A DNA stretch of 64,000 nt from an uncultured Candidatus Poseidoniales archaeon (GTDB lineage: Archaea > Thermoplasmatota > Poseidoniia > Poseidoniales > Thalassarchaeaceae). Location of the stretch: assembly GCA_902560445.1 (NCBI GenBank), contig CACELO010000002.1, positions 66,468 to 130,467 on the forward strand. The letters run 5' to 3'. The notes below the pieces were generated by a model. The model searched no databases, was not told where the DNA came from, and saw only the letters and a program-made list of their open reading frames with translations. Made by a program: the position numbers and the translations under genes. Positions 52,816 through 62,554 of this stretch are shown here, piece after piece. Position 1 is the first letter of the stretch. Every line of letters begins with the position of its first letter.

Positions 52816-53670
52816 ATGCAGTCGGAATTGTGGCAGGAAATTCCAGAATTTGACGGAGCAGATGTTGAACAGAAATGGATTGAGGGAAATACGGGATACA
52901 ATCTAAGAGTCCTACATTGGACCCCAAAAAATGAAGATTATAAACAAGCTAGAACACTTGTAATGATTCCTGGCTGGAACTCGGTTCCGGAGGGATGGTT
53001 TCCTATTCTTTCGGAGTGGGTGAAGCAGAGACCTGTAGTTTACATTGAAACTCGGGAAAAAGGAAGTTGTCGAATTGACATGAAAATTTCCAAAGAGTCG
53101 TTCCAAATCCAAAATATCGCATCCGATTTACCAATCATTTTGGCAAGGATAGGGCTTGAACCATCAGACTGTGACGCCATGGGTTCATCATTGGGCGCTA
53201 CACTATTACTCGAAGGACTTAGGGGTGAAACATTGGTTTTTCGAAGTATTGTTGTATTATCTCCAAACCTAGCATTCACTCCCCCTATTTGGGCTAGACC
53301 TCTAATTCCCGCACCATTATTTCTGTACGATGCTTTGGTTAAATTTGTAATTTGGTATCTGGATAAGCGTTTGAAAGAAGAGGGCCAAAGAATCCGTTAT
53401 AGAAGAACTCTATTAGCAGCGCCAATCGATAGACTAAGGCTTTGCTCGTTAGTCTTTAGAAAATACAAGATGAACCTTGATTTCTCCAATACTAACGCCC
53501 CGGTAGGGATTCTCAGAGCATCTTCTGACACTCTACATGACCACTCGGATGCCGGTAAACTTAGCAATCAAATCCCAAATTCCAGATTAATTGAAATCGA
53601 AAGTAATCAATTTGCACATGAGGCGCCCGCTATATCTGTAATCGAAGATTTCATGGAAACCGCTGCCTGA
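52816..53670 (+). CDS. alpha/beta-fold hydrolase
   Basis: 'LVMIPGWNS' and the nucleophile elbow 'AMGSSLGA' (G-x-S-x-G). Confidence 0.6.
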   Translation: MQSELWQEIPEFDGADVEQKWIEGNTGYNLRVLHWTPKNEDYKQARTLVMIPGWNSVPEGWFPILSEWVKQRPVVYIETREKGSCRIDMKISKESFQIQNIASDLPIILARIGLEPSDCDAMGSSLGATLLLEGLRGETLVFRSIVVLSPNLAFTPPIWARPLIPAPLFLYDALVKFVIWYLDKRLKEEGQRIRYRRTLLAAPIDRLRLCSLVFRKYKMNLDFSNTNAPVGILRASSDTLHDHSDAGKLSNQIPNSRLIEIESNQFAHEAPAISVIEDFMETAA

Positions 53671-53673
53671 TTT

Positions 53674-54732
53674 TCAAGCCATTGAAGAGAATGGGTCGTC
53701 CCCACTCCATGAGTCTACTGAACCGTCGTCGTATCGCCCCAATTTATCATATAGATTCTCAATAATTGCATATGGCCAATCTGGGTTTGTTGGGCCGTAT
53801 CTCTCTGCCATACGGTTCCCCTCACCACCATGAAAATGCATTGGAACCTCGAGACGGCGCAGCATACCATCAGGCACACCACCCATAGCAAACAGGTGCT
53901 CAGTTCCATTTCGCCCTAGAACACGATCTGGCACCGAGTCTTCATCTGCTGGTAAGTCACAGGCATCTACAATAGAATCAACAAGAGCGTTAAATGCAGC
54001 ATCTGTCCCACCTTCGTGTGTAATTGATTCAATTGCAGGAATTATGTTCATTGGGTCCAATTCTCCTGTCAAAATCTGTAACCAAGTATGGTGTGCTAAA
54101 CAATTGAACTTCCAAGGATCTGAGACCACAAATCGCCAAGCCGCATATGGCCCTCTGGAACTATCTCCGGGTTCGGGAAGTAAACCATATTCGATGAAGG
54201 CATCCTTCAATCCACCAAGTCTAGTTGGATCCATTGCAATATGTGCGTTAGCGAGAGTTTCTTCTGTCAATAACCACCATTCCGGTCCCTCTCTATGAGT
54301 AGAAATAGTATCATGTAATTGATCATAAACACCAAAATTAGTCGGTAATGAGCCGGTTTGAGCATGAGTTCGCATCACATGAGAACTCAGACCTGAATCG
54401 AAGCGGTGATGGAAGTATTCATGGTCAAATCCGAAAATAAATGCTAAGTCCAAGGCCAACATTTCAGCCTCTTCAATCCCATTCTCATTCATTCGGTTTG
54501 CCATTATTGCCGCCTGCTCGGCTAGTGCATCTGCATTGCAATGTATACCCCAATCAATATCCACTTCTACATCGATAGTATTCCGAAGTAGCATTGGCCG
54601 ATACCAAAAGGCTCTGAGACCTATGTCGACTTCTCCCATGGTTTCTGGACCATACACGTATGGCACCCCATCGCCCATGCGAAGCCCCCCCATACCAGTC
54701 ATTGTCAATGGGCCTAAGCCGTCAGATATCAA
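53674..54732 (-). CDS. hypothetical protein with an HExxH motif (possible zinc metallohydrolase)
   Basis: 352-aa ORF. 'FGFDHEYFHHRFD' contains H-E-Y-F-H. No other family recognised. Confidence 0.45.
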   Translation of the reverse strand: MISDGLGPLTMTGMGGLRMGDGVPYVYGPETMGEVDIGLRAFWYRPMLLRNTIDVEVDIDWGIHCNADALAEQAAIMANRMNENGIEEAEMLALDLAFIFGFDHEYFHHRFDSGLSSHVMRTHAQTGSLPTNFGVYDQLHDTISTHREGPEWWLLTEETLANAHIAMDPTRLGGLKDAFIEYGLLPEPGDSSRGPYAAWRFVVSDPWKFNCLAHHTWLQILTGELDPMNIIPAIESITHEGGTDAAFNALVDSIVDACDLPADEDSVPDRVLGRNGTEHLFAMGGVPDGMLRRLEVPMHFHGGEGNRMAERYGPTNPDWPYAIIENLYDKLGRYDDGSVDSWSGDDPFSSMA

Positions 54733-54776
54733 GCGATTGTCTGATGAAGGGCACGCTTGCCCTCATAATGATAGTC

Positions 54777-56918
54777 ATGCGTGCGCAGTCGTCTTCATTC
54801 GATGTCGCCCGCATGGTCAGGGAACTACGGGGAATGATTGGAACCCGCGCACGCAAAGCCTACCAGCCACATTACGAACAAGTTGTTTTGAGGTTAAATC
54901 CGAAGGGAAAACCTTCAGTTGATTTGGTCATTGTGCGCGGAAAAAGGTTGTATATGTCCAGAAGAGATAGGCCGATGCCAAACAATCCGTCTCCTTTTGC
55001 TATGATTTTGAGAAAACATCTAGGCAATTCACGCTTGGTTGAGGTAGAGCAAATAGGCTTCGACAGAGTAGTGGTTTTGACCTTCGAACACGGAGGAGGC
55101 CAATACAAACTAGTCATTGAATTATTTAGGGATGGAAACGTGTTGCTCCTAGATGATAATGACGTGATTATTCAGCCATTAACACACGCAAAATATGCAA
55201 GTCGTGCTCTAAAGAGAGGTGAACCGTACACACCTCCTCCAGAAACTTTGGACCCTAGAAAACTTGACAAGAGTGGCTTGAATAATTTATTGGATAATTC
55301 CGATCATTCTCTGATTCGGACGCTTGCGGCGCGTGCAAACCTTGGTCGAATCTACGGAAATGCGATTTGTAGTGCCGCAGAAATCGATTCAGATGATCCT
55401 GCTGATTCTCTTGAGGAATCTCAGAGAAAGGCTCTCAGTGAATCGATGAATAAATTACTTAATGAGTTATCAGAAGACCAAGGTGCATATATTTGGTTTG
55501 AAGAAAAAGAAGGATTAAAATCTTGGAATTCCGCAGAAGATAATCCTCAAGCCAGAGATTCTGCCAGTGGATTGATTAGCGAATTTTCGCCAATAAATCT
55601 TCCATTCATGGATTCAAAACTTAGAGCGAAAGTCGCAGATCTATCAGAAGCATATGATGTGATATTTGGAGCACATGATGCAATCGCTTACATCCGTCGA
55701 GAAGAAGAAAAACTAGCCGCGGCGGGTGAAGATGATGCGCAACAGAAAGCAAAGCTCGACCGAAGGGCTACTCAGCAACGCTCAGCAATCGAGCGGTTTG
55801 AATCTCAAGCCACTTTGACTCAGGAATTAGCAAAATCGATTCAGGATAATTGGACTCATGTAGACGATTTACTCGGTCAAGTAAATTTATTGATTACAAA
55901 TGAAGGATGGCAAACTCTAGATTCAAAGATTACAGATGTTGCGTGGATAGATAGAATTGATCCTGTAAAACGTACCATTTTGGCTAGGTTACCGGACGAG
56001 GATAACGAACCTGGAGCAAGTGTAACTCTATCTGTAGAAAATTCTGTCCACCAAAATGCTCAGACTTATTTCGAACAGGCTAGAACTCTGAAGGATAAAG
56101 CGAAAGGAGCTAGATTGGCCTTGGAAAAAACGGAAAATAAAGTCGCCAAGGATGCTGCCAAAAGAGAGAAAGAAGCGGCGGCTGGAAGAGTAAGAATAGG
56201 AAAGCGCAGCAAGAGATTCTGGTTCGAAAAACATCGCTGGGGTATTTTGTCGGATGGTAGAATGATTGTTGGCGGCCGTGACGCAAAGGGCAATGATACA
56301 GTGGTTAGGAAATATCTGCGTTCTACCGACCTCTATGTGCATGCCGATTTACATGGGGCCCCATCTTGCTCCCTCAGATTACACGACGGGTTAGAAACTG
56401 AACCTAACCCTATAGGATTCAGACCGGAAGGTGTTGTATCATTACAAATTTCACAGGACCTCGCTGGTTCAATAGAAGATGCCCAGAATCTACCTACTGA
56501 TATCATCAAAGAAGCTGCGCAATTGGCAATCTGTTGGTCTCGTGCATGGGGTAGTGGTAGCGCCGCAGCAACCGCATTCCATGCTCGCCCTGCGCAAGTT
56601 TCCAAACAAACTGAGAGTGGGGAATCGCTAGGTCGTGGTGCATTTGTTGTCAGAGGACAAAGAACTTGGTACAGAGATGTAGATATGGAAATAGCGATTG
56701 GTTTTGCAACCGTCAACAACATCCCAATCCCAATTTCTGGAACCGTAGAGGGTGTGTCTAAATTATGTCAAAGATGGGCTATTATTAGACCAGGATTAGA
56801 AAAGAAAGAAACCGTAGCCAATCGAATTGCAAAAGCTACTGGCCTAGCACAAGACGACGTTTTAGCAACCTTGCCTTCTGGTACTTGTGAAATGACTGAT
56901 AACGGGTTACTTGGGTAA
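54777..56918 (+). CDS. NFACT-family protein (archaeal Rqc2/RqcH/FbpA homologue, ribosome quality control)
   Basis: N-terminal 'FDVARMVRELRGMIGTRARKAYQP..VVLRL'. The DUF814/NFACT-R motif is 'RFWFEKHRWGILSDGRMIVGGRDAKGNDTVVRKYL...DLYVHADLHGAPSCSL'. The start is moved to ATG 54777. Confidence 0.8.
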   Translation: MRAQSSSFDVARMVRELRGMIGTRARKAYQPHYEQVVLRLNPKGKPSVDLVIVRGKRLYMSRRDRPMPNNPSPFAMILRKHLGNSRLVEVEQIGFDRVVVLTFEHGGGQYKLVIELFRDGNVLLLDDNDVIIQPLTHAKYASRALKRGEPYTPPPETLDPRKLDKSGLNNLLDNSDHSLIRTLAARANLGRIYGNAICSAAEIDSDDPADSLEESQRKALSESMNKLLNELSEDQGAYIWFEEKEGLKSWNSAEDNPQARDSASGLISEFSPINLPFMDSKLRAKVADLSEAYDVIFGAHDAIAYIRREEEKLAAAGEDDAQQKAKLDRRATQQRSAIERFESQATLTQELAKSIQDNWTHVDDLLGQVNLLITNEGWQTLDSKITDVAWIDRIDPVKRTILARLPDEDNEPGASVTLSVENSVHQNAQTYFEQARTLKDKAKGARLALEKTENKVAKDAAKREKEAAAGRVRIGKRSKRFWFEKHRWGILSDGRMIVGGRDAKGNDTVVRKYLRSTDLYVHADLHGAPSCSLRLHDGLETEPNPIGFRPEGVVSLQISQDLAGSIEDAQNLPTDIIKEAAQLAICWSRAWGSGSAAATAFHARPAQVSKQTESGESLGRGAFVVRGQRTWYRDVDMEIAIGFATVNNIPIPISGTVEGVSKLCQRWAIIRPGLEKKETVANRIAKATGLAQDDVLATLPSGTCEMTDNGLLG

Positions 56919-56919
56919 T

Positions 56920-57525
56920 TCAGGAAGCGCGTTTTTCATCCCATTCCGGCTTTGTGATTGCATATAATTTGGCATCGACATAGTGATCGTATAGCCACTC
57001 TCTATCTTTGGTGACTCCCTCTAATCTCATACCTATTCTGTCCGCAATCTCACAGCTCGGGATATTGTCTACAGCCGCTTCAAGAACAAATCTGTGTAGA
57101 CTTAGATCGTAGAAGCAATGTTCCATTAATCGAATACAAGATTTCGTTACATATCCTTTTCCAGTTTGGTCCTCAGAGAGCCAATATCCAACGCCTGTCG
57201 CCCTATTTCCCCAATCTATCCAATTTAGGCTAATCGTTCCTATGATACGGTTATTGAGTAGGATTGTGTAGAATGCTCCTTCTCGTTTTTCATATTCCTC
57301 AAGGCTATTAGAAATAAATACGGTTTCATCATCAATGCTATTCGTTGCATCAAGCCAAGGTAGCCATTGCCTGAGGTAATCTCTGTTAGAATCGACAACG
57401 GAGAATAATTCCGCTGCGTCGGCATTACCGACGAGATGTAAATCAAGACCTTCTTGGACATGAAGTTGACTTGCAGGTCGAAATAAGTCCGACTTTTCTT
57501 GTGGACCGCCGCATCTACCTGTCAT
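56920..57525 (-). CDS. GNAT-family N-acetyltransferase (RimJ/RimL-like)
   Basis: 'LRQWLPW', 'IGTISLNWIDWGNRATGVGYWL..QTGKGYVT', 'NIPSCEIADRIGMRLEG'. Confidence 0.8.
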   Translation of the reverse strand: MTGRCGGPQEKSDLFRPASQLHVQEGLDLHLVGNADAAELFSVVDSNRDYLRQWLPWLDATNSIDDETVFISNSLEEYEKREGAFYTILLNNRIIGTISLNWIDWGNRATGVGYWLSEDQTGKGYVTKSCIRLMEHCFYDLSLHRFVLEAAVDNIPSCEIADRIGMRLEGVTKDREWLYDHYVDAKLYAITKPEWDEKRAS

Positions 57526-57595
57526 AGATTGTCGACTAAATTCTACAATTTATACGGTTCCTATTCCGAACTGTGGCTAGGGTAACGATTCAAGC

Positions 57596-58699
57596 GTGAA
57601 GCGTCATCCGGACAGCATGGGCGGCTCAGGCAGCGAGGGCAATTGGACATACGGTGACTATCTACAATTGCCCGCTTTGTTAGAACTTCAAGGAGAAGAT
57701 AGAGGAGTAAGTCCGGATGAAATGCATTTCATAATCGTTCACCAAACCTTTGAACTTTGGTTCAAACAGGTGATACGTGAATTAACCGAAGTTCGAGATA
57801 TTCTCACACAAAATCATGTTCCTGAGGACGATATTCCAAGGGCAGTTGACCACCTCGGACGTACAACCGAAATTTTTCGATTAATGGCGAATCAGTGGAC
57901 TGTATTGGAAACCTTGACTCCTCAAGGATTCTTAGCATTTAGAGACGGGCTTGGAACTGCGTCTGGATTTGAATCCTACCAAATGCGCGAATTCGAAATT
58001 TTACTTGGTTTGGCCAATGAAGATAGATTGTATGGAATGGACCCTATCAGTACATTTCGTAAGTTAGCAAAGAATTCCGAAAGAGATGCTGCTATTCTCA
58101 CTCGCTTGGAAGATGTCGCTTCCAAACCATCCCTAAGTGAATCGTTGCTACAATGGGTGTCTAGGACTCCAATCATGGGTTCATTAGCAGGAAATGATGG
58201 CGACGAGCATACCGTTACAGAGTATATTGACGATCATCTGAGTTCACATGAAAACATAGGAAAGCAGGCCGCTGAGCGGATGTCGGGGTATGGTGCTTCT
58301 ACGTCCGAAAAAGTGGCAGAGCGCTTTGCCGCGTCTCATCAAGGAGCCATTGATTTCCTCAAGCCAGATGGAAAAATTAGCCGCGCTCGTGCTGGATTAT
58401 TATTCATTGAATCATACAGAGAATTGCCATTATTAACTTGGCCAAGAACTCTAATCGATGCAATTGTAGAACTTGAAGAGTCCATGGTCAAATGGCGACA
58501 TTCACACGCAAGAATGGTAGAGAGAATAATGGGTAGAAGAATTGGAACTGGTGGAACTAGTGGTGTCGATTATCTCGATGCAACCTCTCAATATCGTATC
58601 TTCAAGGATCTCTGGGCTGTTCGAACCATACTTGTAAAACCTGATTTCAGACCCAAATTGAAGAATACAGAATTTTACGGTTATTCATCCGAAAACTGA
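57596..58699 (+). CDS. kynA: tryptophan 2,3-dioxygenase
   Basis: 'YGDYLQLPALLELQ....DEMHFIIVHQTFELWFKQVIREL' and 'WRHSHARMVERIMGRRIGTGGTSGVDYL' match the TDO family. Confidence 0.85.
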   Translation: MKRHPDSMGGSGSEGNWTYGDYLQLPALLELQGEDRGVSPDEMHFIIVHQTFELWFKQVIRELTEVRDILTQNHVPEDDIPRAVDHLGRTTEIFRLMANQWTVLETLTPQGFLAFRDGLGTASGFESYQMREFEILLGLANEDRLYGMDPISTFRKLAKNSERDAAILTRLEDVASKPSLSESLLQWVSRTPIMGSLAGNDGDEHTVTEYIDDHLSSHENIGKQAAERMSGYGASTSEKVAERFAASHQGAIDFLKPDGKISRARAGLLFIESYRELPLLTWPRTLIDAIVELEESMVKWRHSHARMVERIMGRRIGTGGTSGVDYLDATSQYRIFKDLWAVRTILVKPDFRPKLKNTEFYGYSSEN

Positions 58700-58758
58700 G
58701 GGATAGCGGCGGTGCATCCATCGCACCTTTCAAGGGGAGTAACTCGCTCGCCTCGCCT

Positions 58759-59916
58759 GTGTCGACTCCGGTCATATGCGCATATGCGAGAACTCCCTTC
58801 GGCCGCTTTCGTGGAGCATTAGCCCATTACACCGCGGTAGAATTGGGTACATTGGCTGTAGAGGGAGTATTGGAACGCACTGGAATAGACCCTCATAGCG
58901 GAATTATCGATCAAGTCTACATGGGACAGGTGCTTCAAGCAGGGGCAGGACAAGCACCTGCTCGCCAAGTAGCGATAGCTGCTGGACTTCCGTACTCAAC
59001 CCCATGTACAACCATCAACAAAGTCTGCGGTTCAAGTCTCAAGGCCGTAATGGTTGCTGCAACAGAAATTATGGCTGGAAAATCCAATGTTGTAATTGCT
59101 GGTGGGATGGAGTCCATGAGTCAAGCACCACACTTTATACGCGGGGCAAAGCGTGGTGATGAAATTTCATTTGCAGAATTGACCGGAATTTTGAATCACG
59201 ATGGTCTAAAGGATGCCTATGATGGATCAATGATGGGAATTACCGGCGAGACAATTGCAAAGGAAGCGGATATTTCTCGTTCAGAATCTGACAGATATGC
59301 ACTCCGTTCGCACACACTTTCTGACTCAGCCTGGGAAAATGGATGGCTTGCAGAAGAGGTTGTTTCTATCGACGAGTTGGAGCGAGATGAAGGAATTAGA
59401 ATTGACACATCCATCGAAGGTCTTGCTGGACTTAGAACTGTATTCAGGGATGATGGACAAGTTACCGCAGGTAACGCAAGTCAGGTGTCTGATGGAGGTT
59501 CAGCCGTTCTAATCGCTTCTGAGGAAATCGCCAATGAAAATGGATGGCCAATACTTGCTAGAATCATTGATTACATCACATCTGGTGTAGAGCCAAATAG
59601 AGTTATGTCTGCGCCTATTCCAGCTATTCAAATGCTCTTAGTTCGGAACCAATTGGAAATTTCTGATATCGATATTTTAGAGCATAATGAGGCTTTTGCA
59701 GCGGCTTCTTGTGCCATTCAGAATGCATTTGAGTTCCCAGATGAGGGATTCAACCCACACGGAGGAGCGGTGGCGATTGGGCATCCACTTGGGGCAACTG
59801 GAACACGTTGCCTGATGACTCTCGTAAATGCCCTGAATCGAAATAATGGTGGTACTGGAATTGTAACAATTTGCCTCGGTGGTGGTAACGCTGTTGGGAT
59901 GCTCATTGAAGCCTGA
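58759..59916 (+). CDS. acetyl-CoA C-acetyltransferase (thiolase II)
   Basis: 'INKVCGSSLKAV' (active-site Cys), 'NEAFAA', 'GGAVAIGHPLGATG', 'CLGGGNAV'. Confidence 0.9.
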   Translation: MSTPVICAYARTPFGRFRGALAHYTAVELGTLAVEGVLERTGIDPHSGIIDQVYMGQVLQAGAGQAPARQVAIAAGLPYSTPCTTINKVCGSSLKAVMVAATEIMAGKSNVVIAGGMESMSQAPHFIRGAKRGDEISFAELTGILNHDGLKDAYDGSMMGITGETIAKEADISRSESDRYALRSHTLSDSAWENGWLAEEVVSIDELERDEGIRIDTSIEGLAGLRTVFRDDGQVTAGNASQVSDGGSAVLIASEEIANENGWPILARIIDYITSGVEPNRVMSAPIPAIQMLLVRNQLEISDIDILEHNEAFAAASCAIQNAFEFPDEGFNPHGGAVAIGHPLGATGTRCLMTLVNALNRNNGGTGIVTICLGGGNAVGMLIEA

Positions 59917-59995
59917 AGTATACTAGAAATCCGCCCCCATAGGGGGCGAAGGCTAGCCGGTGGGCTAATAGGGAGGTCTCGGGTCGGCGGCCTCA

Positions 59996-60256
59996 ATGGT
60001 TACTCCACTACGGCACCACACTCGCTTCGAGAAGGCTCGAATCATAGGTGCAAGAGCATTACAAATTAGTATGGGTGCACCGCTATATGTATCCGAAGAT
60101 GAACTCCGTGAAAATTTCATGGAAGAACTAGTCCAGCTTTTTGGAACAGAAGACGCTCAAGCAAGATTCGTACTTGACCCTCTTAAAATTGCAACGCTAG
60201 AGTACGAATCTCACCGTATTCCAATCGATGTGGACCCTCATATTGAGGAAGAGTGA
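59996..60256 (+). CDS. rpoK: DNA-directed RNA polymerase subunit K (Rpo6)
   Basis: '[21 protein letters not shown]' is the conserved Rpo6/RpoK core. Confidence 0.85.
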   Translation: MVTPLRHHTRFEKARIIGARALQISMGAPLYVSEDELRENFMEELVQLFGTEDAQARFVLDPLKIATLEYESHRIPIDVDPHIEEE

Positions 60257-61356
60257 GGGCTCTTCCGCTTTTCGCCATTCAGAGGTGGCAAGCAATGCTT
60301 CAGAAAGTCGATACTAAGAGACTAACCGCTGGTTTAATCCTACTTACCTTTCTAGTGATTGCTGTTGGCGGATTGATCAGAGTTTCAGATGCTGGAGAAT
60401 CCTGCCCGGATTGGCCGACTTGTTTCGGCACATGGGGATTCGATATTAGCCCCGAGGAGCAAGAAAGATGGTGGGAAGAAAACCCCGATGAAATAGACTC
60501 CCGCGGTGAACATCATAGATACACAACTTTTGAAATTTTTACGGAATGGTTTCACAGACTATTGGCAGGAGCAATTCTTGGCCCTCTGGTAATTCTAAAC
60601 TGGCTAACCATACGTCGTAATGAAGATACGTCAAAACGCTCGACTTTCGCTTCTAACTTGGCATTGGGACTAATCATTTGGCAAGGGGCACTCGGTTGGT
60701 TAACCGTCAAAATTGACAATATTCATTGGAGTGTAGCAATGCATCTATCAAGCGCTCTTGCATTCATATTATGTCTCATATGGTTATGGATTTGCATTAA
60801 TCGAGATGAAGGAATTCAACCATCTTGGTTAGAATTTGACCCAATCCTCGCTTCTAAGTGGAAGAATAGAATTGCATGGTTAGGGCTTAGCACCTTTACC
60901 ACAGTTTTTGCTGGAGTGTTTGTCGCTACAACACCCGGTGCAGATCAGATATGTGGCGTTTCAGGCGATGTAAATTCATGGCCTCTTTGTAACGGAGATT
61001 ACCTTCCAGAAATAGTTGATTTAGAAAATCAATCCCAAATTATTCATCGATGGCTGGTTGCATTTGTTGGAGGCATGCTACTAATTGCTTCTTGGTATGT
61101 TAGAAATGAACAGTTACAGCACCAGCATGGAATAATCCTCAGAAATTGGATTTGGGCAGCAACTGCACTATATTGTTTGAATATTGCAATCGGAGCTCTG
61201 TACATCCTTTCTTGGTCGCCAGATAATGAAACATTCCGTGAAATACTTTCTCTGATTCATCTATTGGTAGGTAGCACATCATTCCTCACTCTTGCAACCT
61301 CTTGGCTGGCTATCTCTGCCTTCGCCCTACATGAGCCTGAACCTGAGGCCCTATGA
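60253..61356 (+). CDS. ctaA: heme A synthase (CtaA/COX15 family)
   Basis: '[21 protein letters not shown]' and multiple TM segments with conserved His (HRLLAG, MHLSSA, IHRWL, IHLLVG). The start is GTG 60253 (GTGA overlap with rpoK) or ATG 60295. Confidence 0.8.
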   Translation: MRALPLFAIQRWQAMLQKVDTKRLTAGLILLTFLVIAVGGLIRVSDAGESCPDWPTCFGTWGFDISPEEQERWWEENPDEIDSRGEHHRYTTFEIFTEWFHRLLAGAILGPLVILNWLTIRRNEDTSKRSTFASNLALGLIIWQGALGWLTVKIDNIHWSVAMHLSSALAFILCLIWLWICINRDEGIQPSWLEFDPILASKWKNRIAWLGLSTFTTVFAGVFVATTPGADQICGVSGDVNSWPLCNGDYLPEIVDLENQSQIIHRWLVAFVGGMLLIASWYVRNEQLQHQHGIILRNWIWAATALYCLNIAIGALYILSWSPDNETFREILSLIHLLVGSTSFLTLATSWLAISAFALHEPEPEAL

Positions 61357-61394
61357 TGAGTCGAATTGAAGGGCATACACCCTAAGGACGCGCT

Positions 61395-62480
61395 ATGGGA
61401 GATACCGGGAGTACGGCTAAGGCTTGGCTGACTCTAACCAAGCCAGGGGTGGTTGTTCTTCTGCAGATTACGGCACTATGTGCGGTATTATCTCACGATT
61501 TGCTTGAAGCATCGGGATTCTCTGATATGGATTGGAATGAATCCATTCGTACCATGGCGATTGTTTTCGTTGGAGGCTATCTCACAGCAGGAGGTGCTAA
61601 TGCAATCAATATGTGGTACGATAGAGATATTGACCCAATTATGCAACGAACTTCAAAAAGACCGATACCAACTGGTACTGTGAGTGCAAATGGAGCACTG
61701 ATTTTTGGAATCCTCATTTCGCTAGCGGGAGTTATTTGGTTCCTTGAATTTGCTAACCAAGTAGCTGCCTTTTGGGCTGCATTTAGTATCCTATTCTATG
61801 TATTCATTTACACAATCTGGCTTAAGCGAACCTCAGTTCAAAACATTGTCATCGGAGGTTTAGCTGGTGCAACTCCACCAGTAATCGGTTGGGCTACTTC
61901 AGTAGGCGACTTAAGTATCAATCTAGATTCAGTAGAAGATTTTGTAATTTCAATTTTTGATTTGGGGAGCTTAATGCCTTGGTACCTCCTCTTGCTAATT
62001 TTCCTATGGACTCCACCTCATTTCTGGGCATTGGCACTATATCGTTCGGAGGAATACAACTCGGTTGGAATCCCAATGATGCCTGGAGTTAAAGGTGCAA
62101 GAAGAACTCTGATAGAGATGAAGGTATATTCTATTTTCTTGATTATTTTAGCAGTATTTGCACCCATAGCAATGGGCGGAATGAATAGGTATGATACAAT
62201 ATACCATGTATTTGGATGGACTACAATTATTGTCACTTTATGGTATGCCAGAACAGTATTCATCATTGACCCAAATGAGCCTCATACTGCTTCTGGACGA
62301 ATCCCTACCGCGGCTCGCTCTTTTTTTGTTTCAATGATATATCTCGCCCTGATGTTTGCAATTGTGGTTACTGCAAGTGCTGGTTTACAAGGGTCAATTC
62401 TGGGAGCAGTATTTGCGGCTACAATTATTGTTAGGGATGAATGGAATTCAAAAGCGCCTTCTTCGGAGATTTCAGCCTGA
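61395..62480 (+). CDS. ctaB: protoheme IX farnesyltransferase (heme O synthase, UbiA family) with C-terminal extension
   Basis: 'LTKPGVV', 'GGANAINMWYDRDIDPIMQRTSKRPIP', 'WTPPHFWALAL'. Confidence 0.85.
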   Translation: MGDTGSTAKAWLTLTKPGVVVLLQITALCAVLSHDLLEASGFSDMDWNESIRTMAIVFVGGYLTAGGANAINMWYDRDIDPIMQRTSKRPIPTGTVSANGALIFGILISLAGVIWFLEFANQVAAFWAAFSILFYVFIYTIWLKRTSVQNIVIGGLAGATPPVIGWATSVGDLSINLDSVEDFVISIFDLGSLMPWYLLLLIFLWTPPHFWALALYRSEEYNSVGIPMMPGVKGARRTLIEMKVYSIFLIILAVFAPIAMGGMNRYDTIYHVFGWTTIIVTLWYARTVFIIDPNEPHTASGRIPTAARSFFVSMIYLALMFAIVVTASAGLQGSILGAVFAATIIVRDEWNSKAPSSEISA

Positions 62481-62554
62481 ATTCAGGAAATCCTCAAACG
62501 CCTGCCCGTCTGTTCGACGACCGTGGTACGCGTCAAGTGGCCGGAGGGTCGAGA

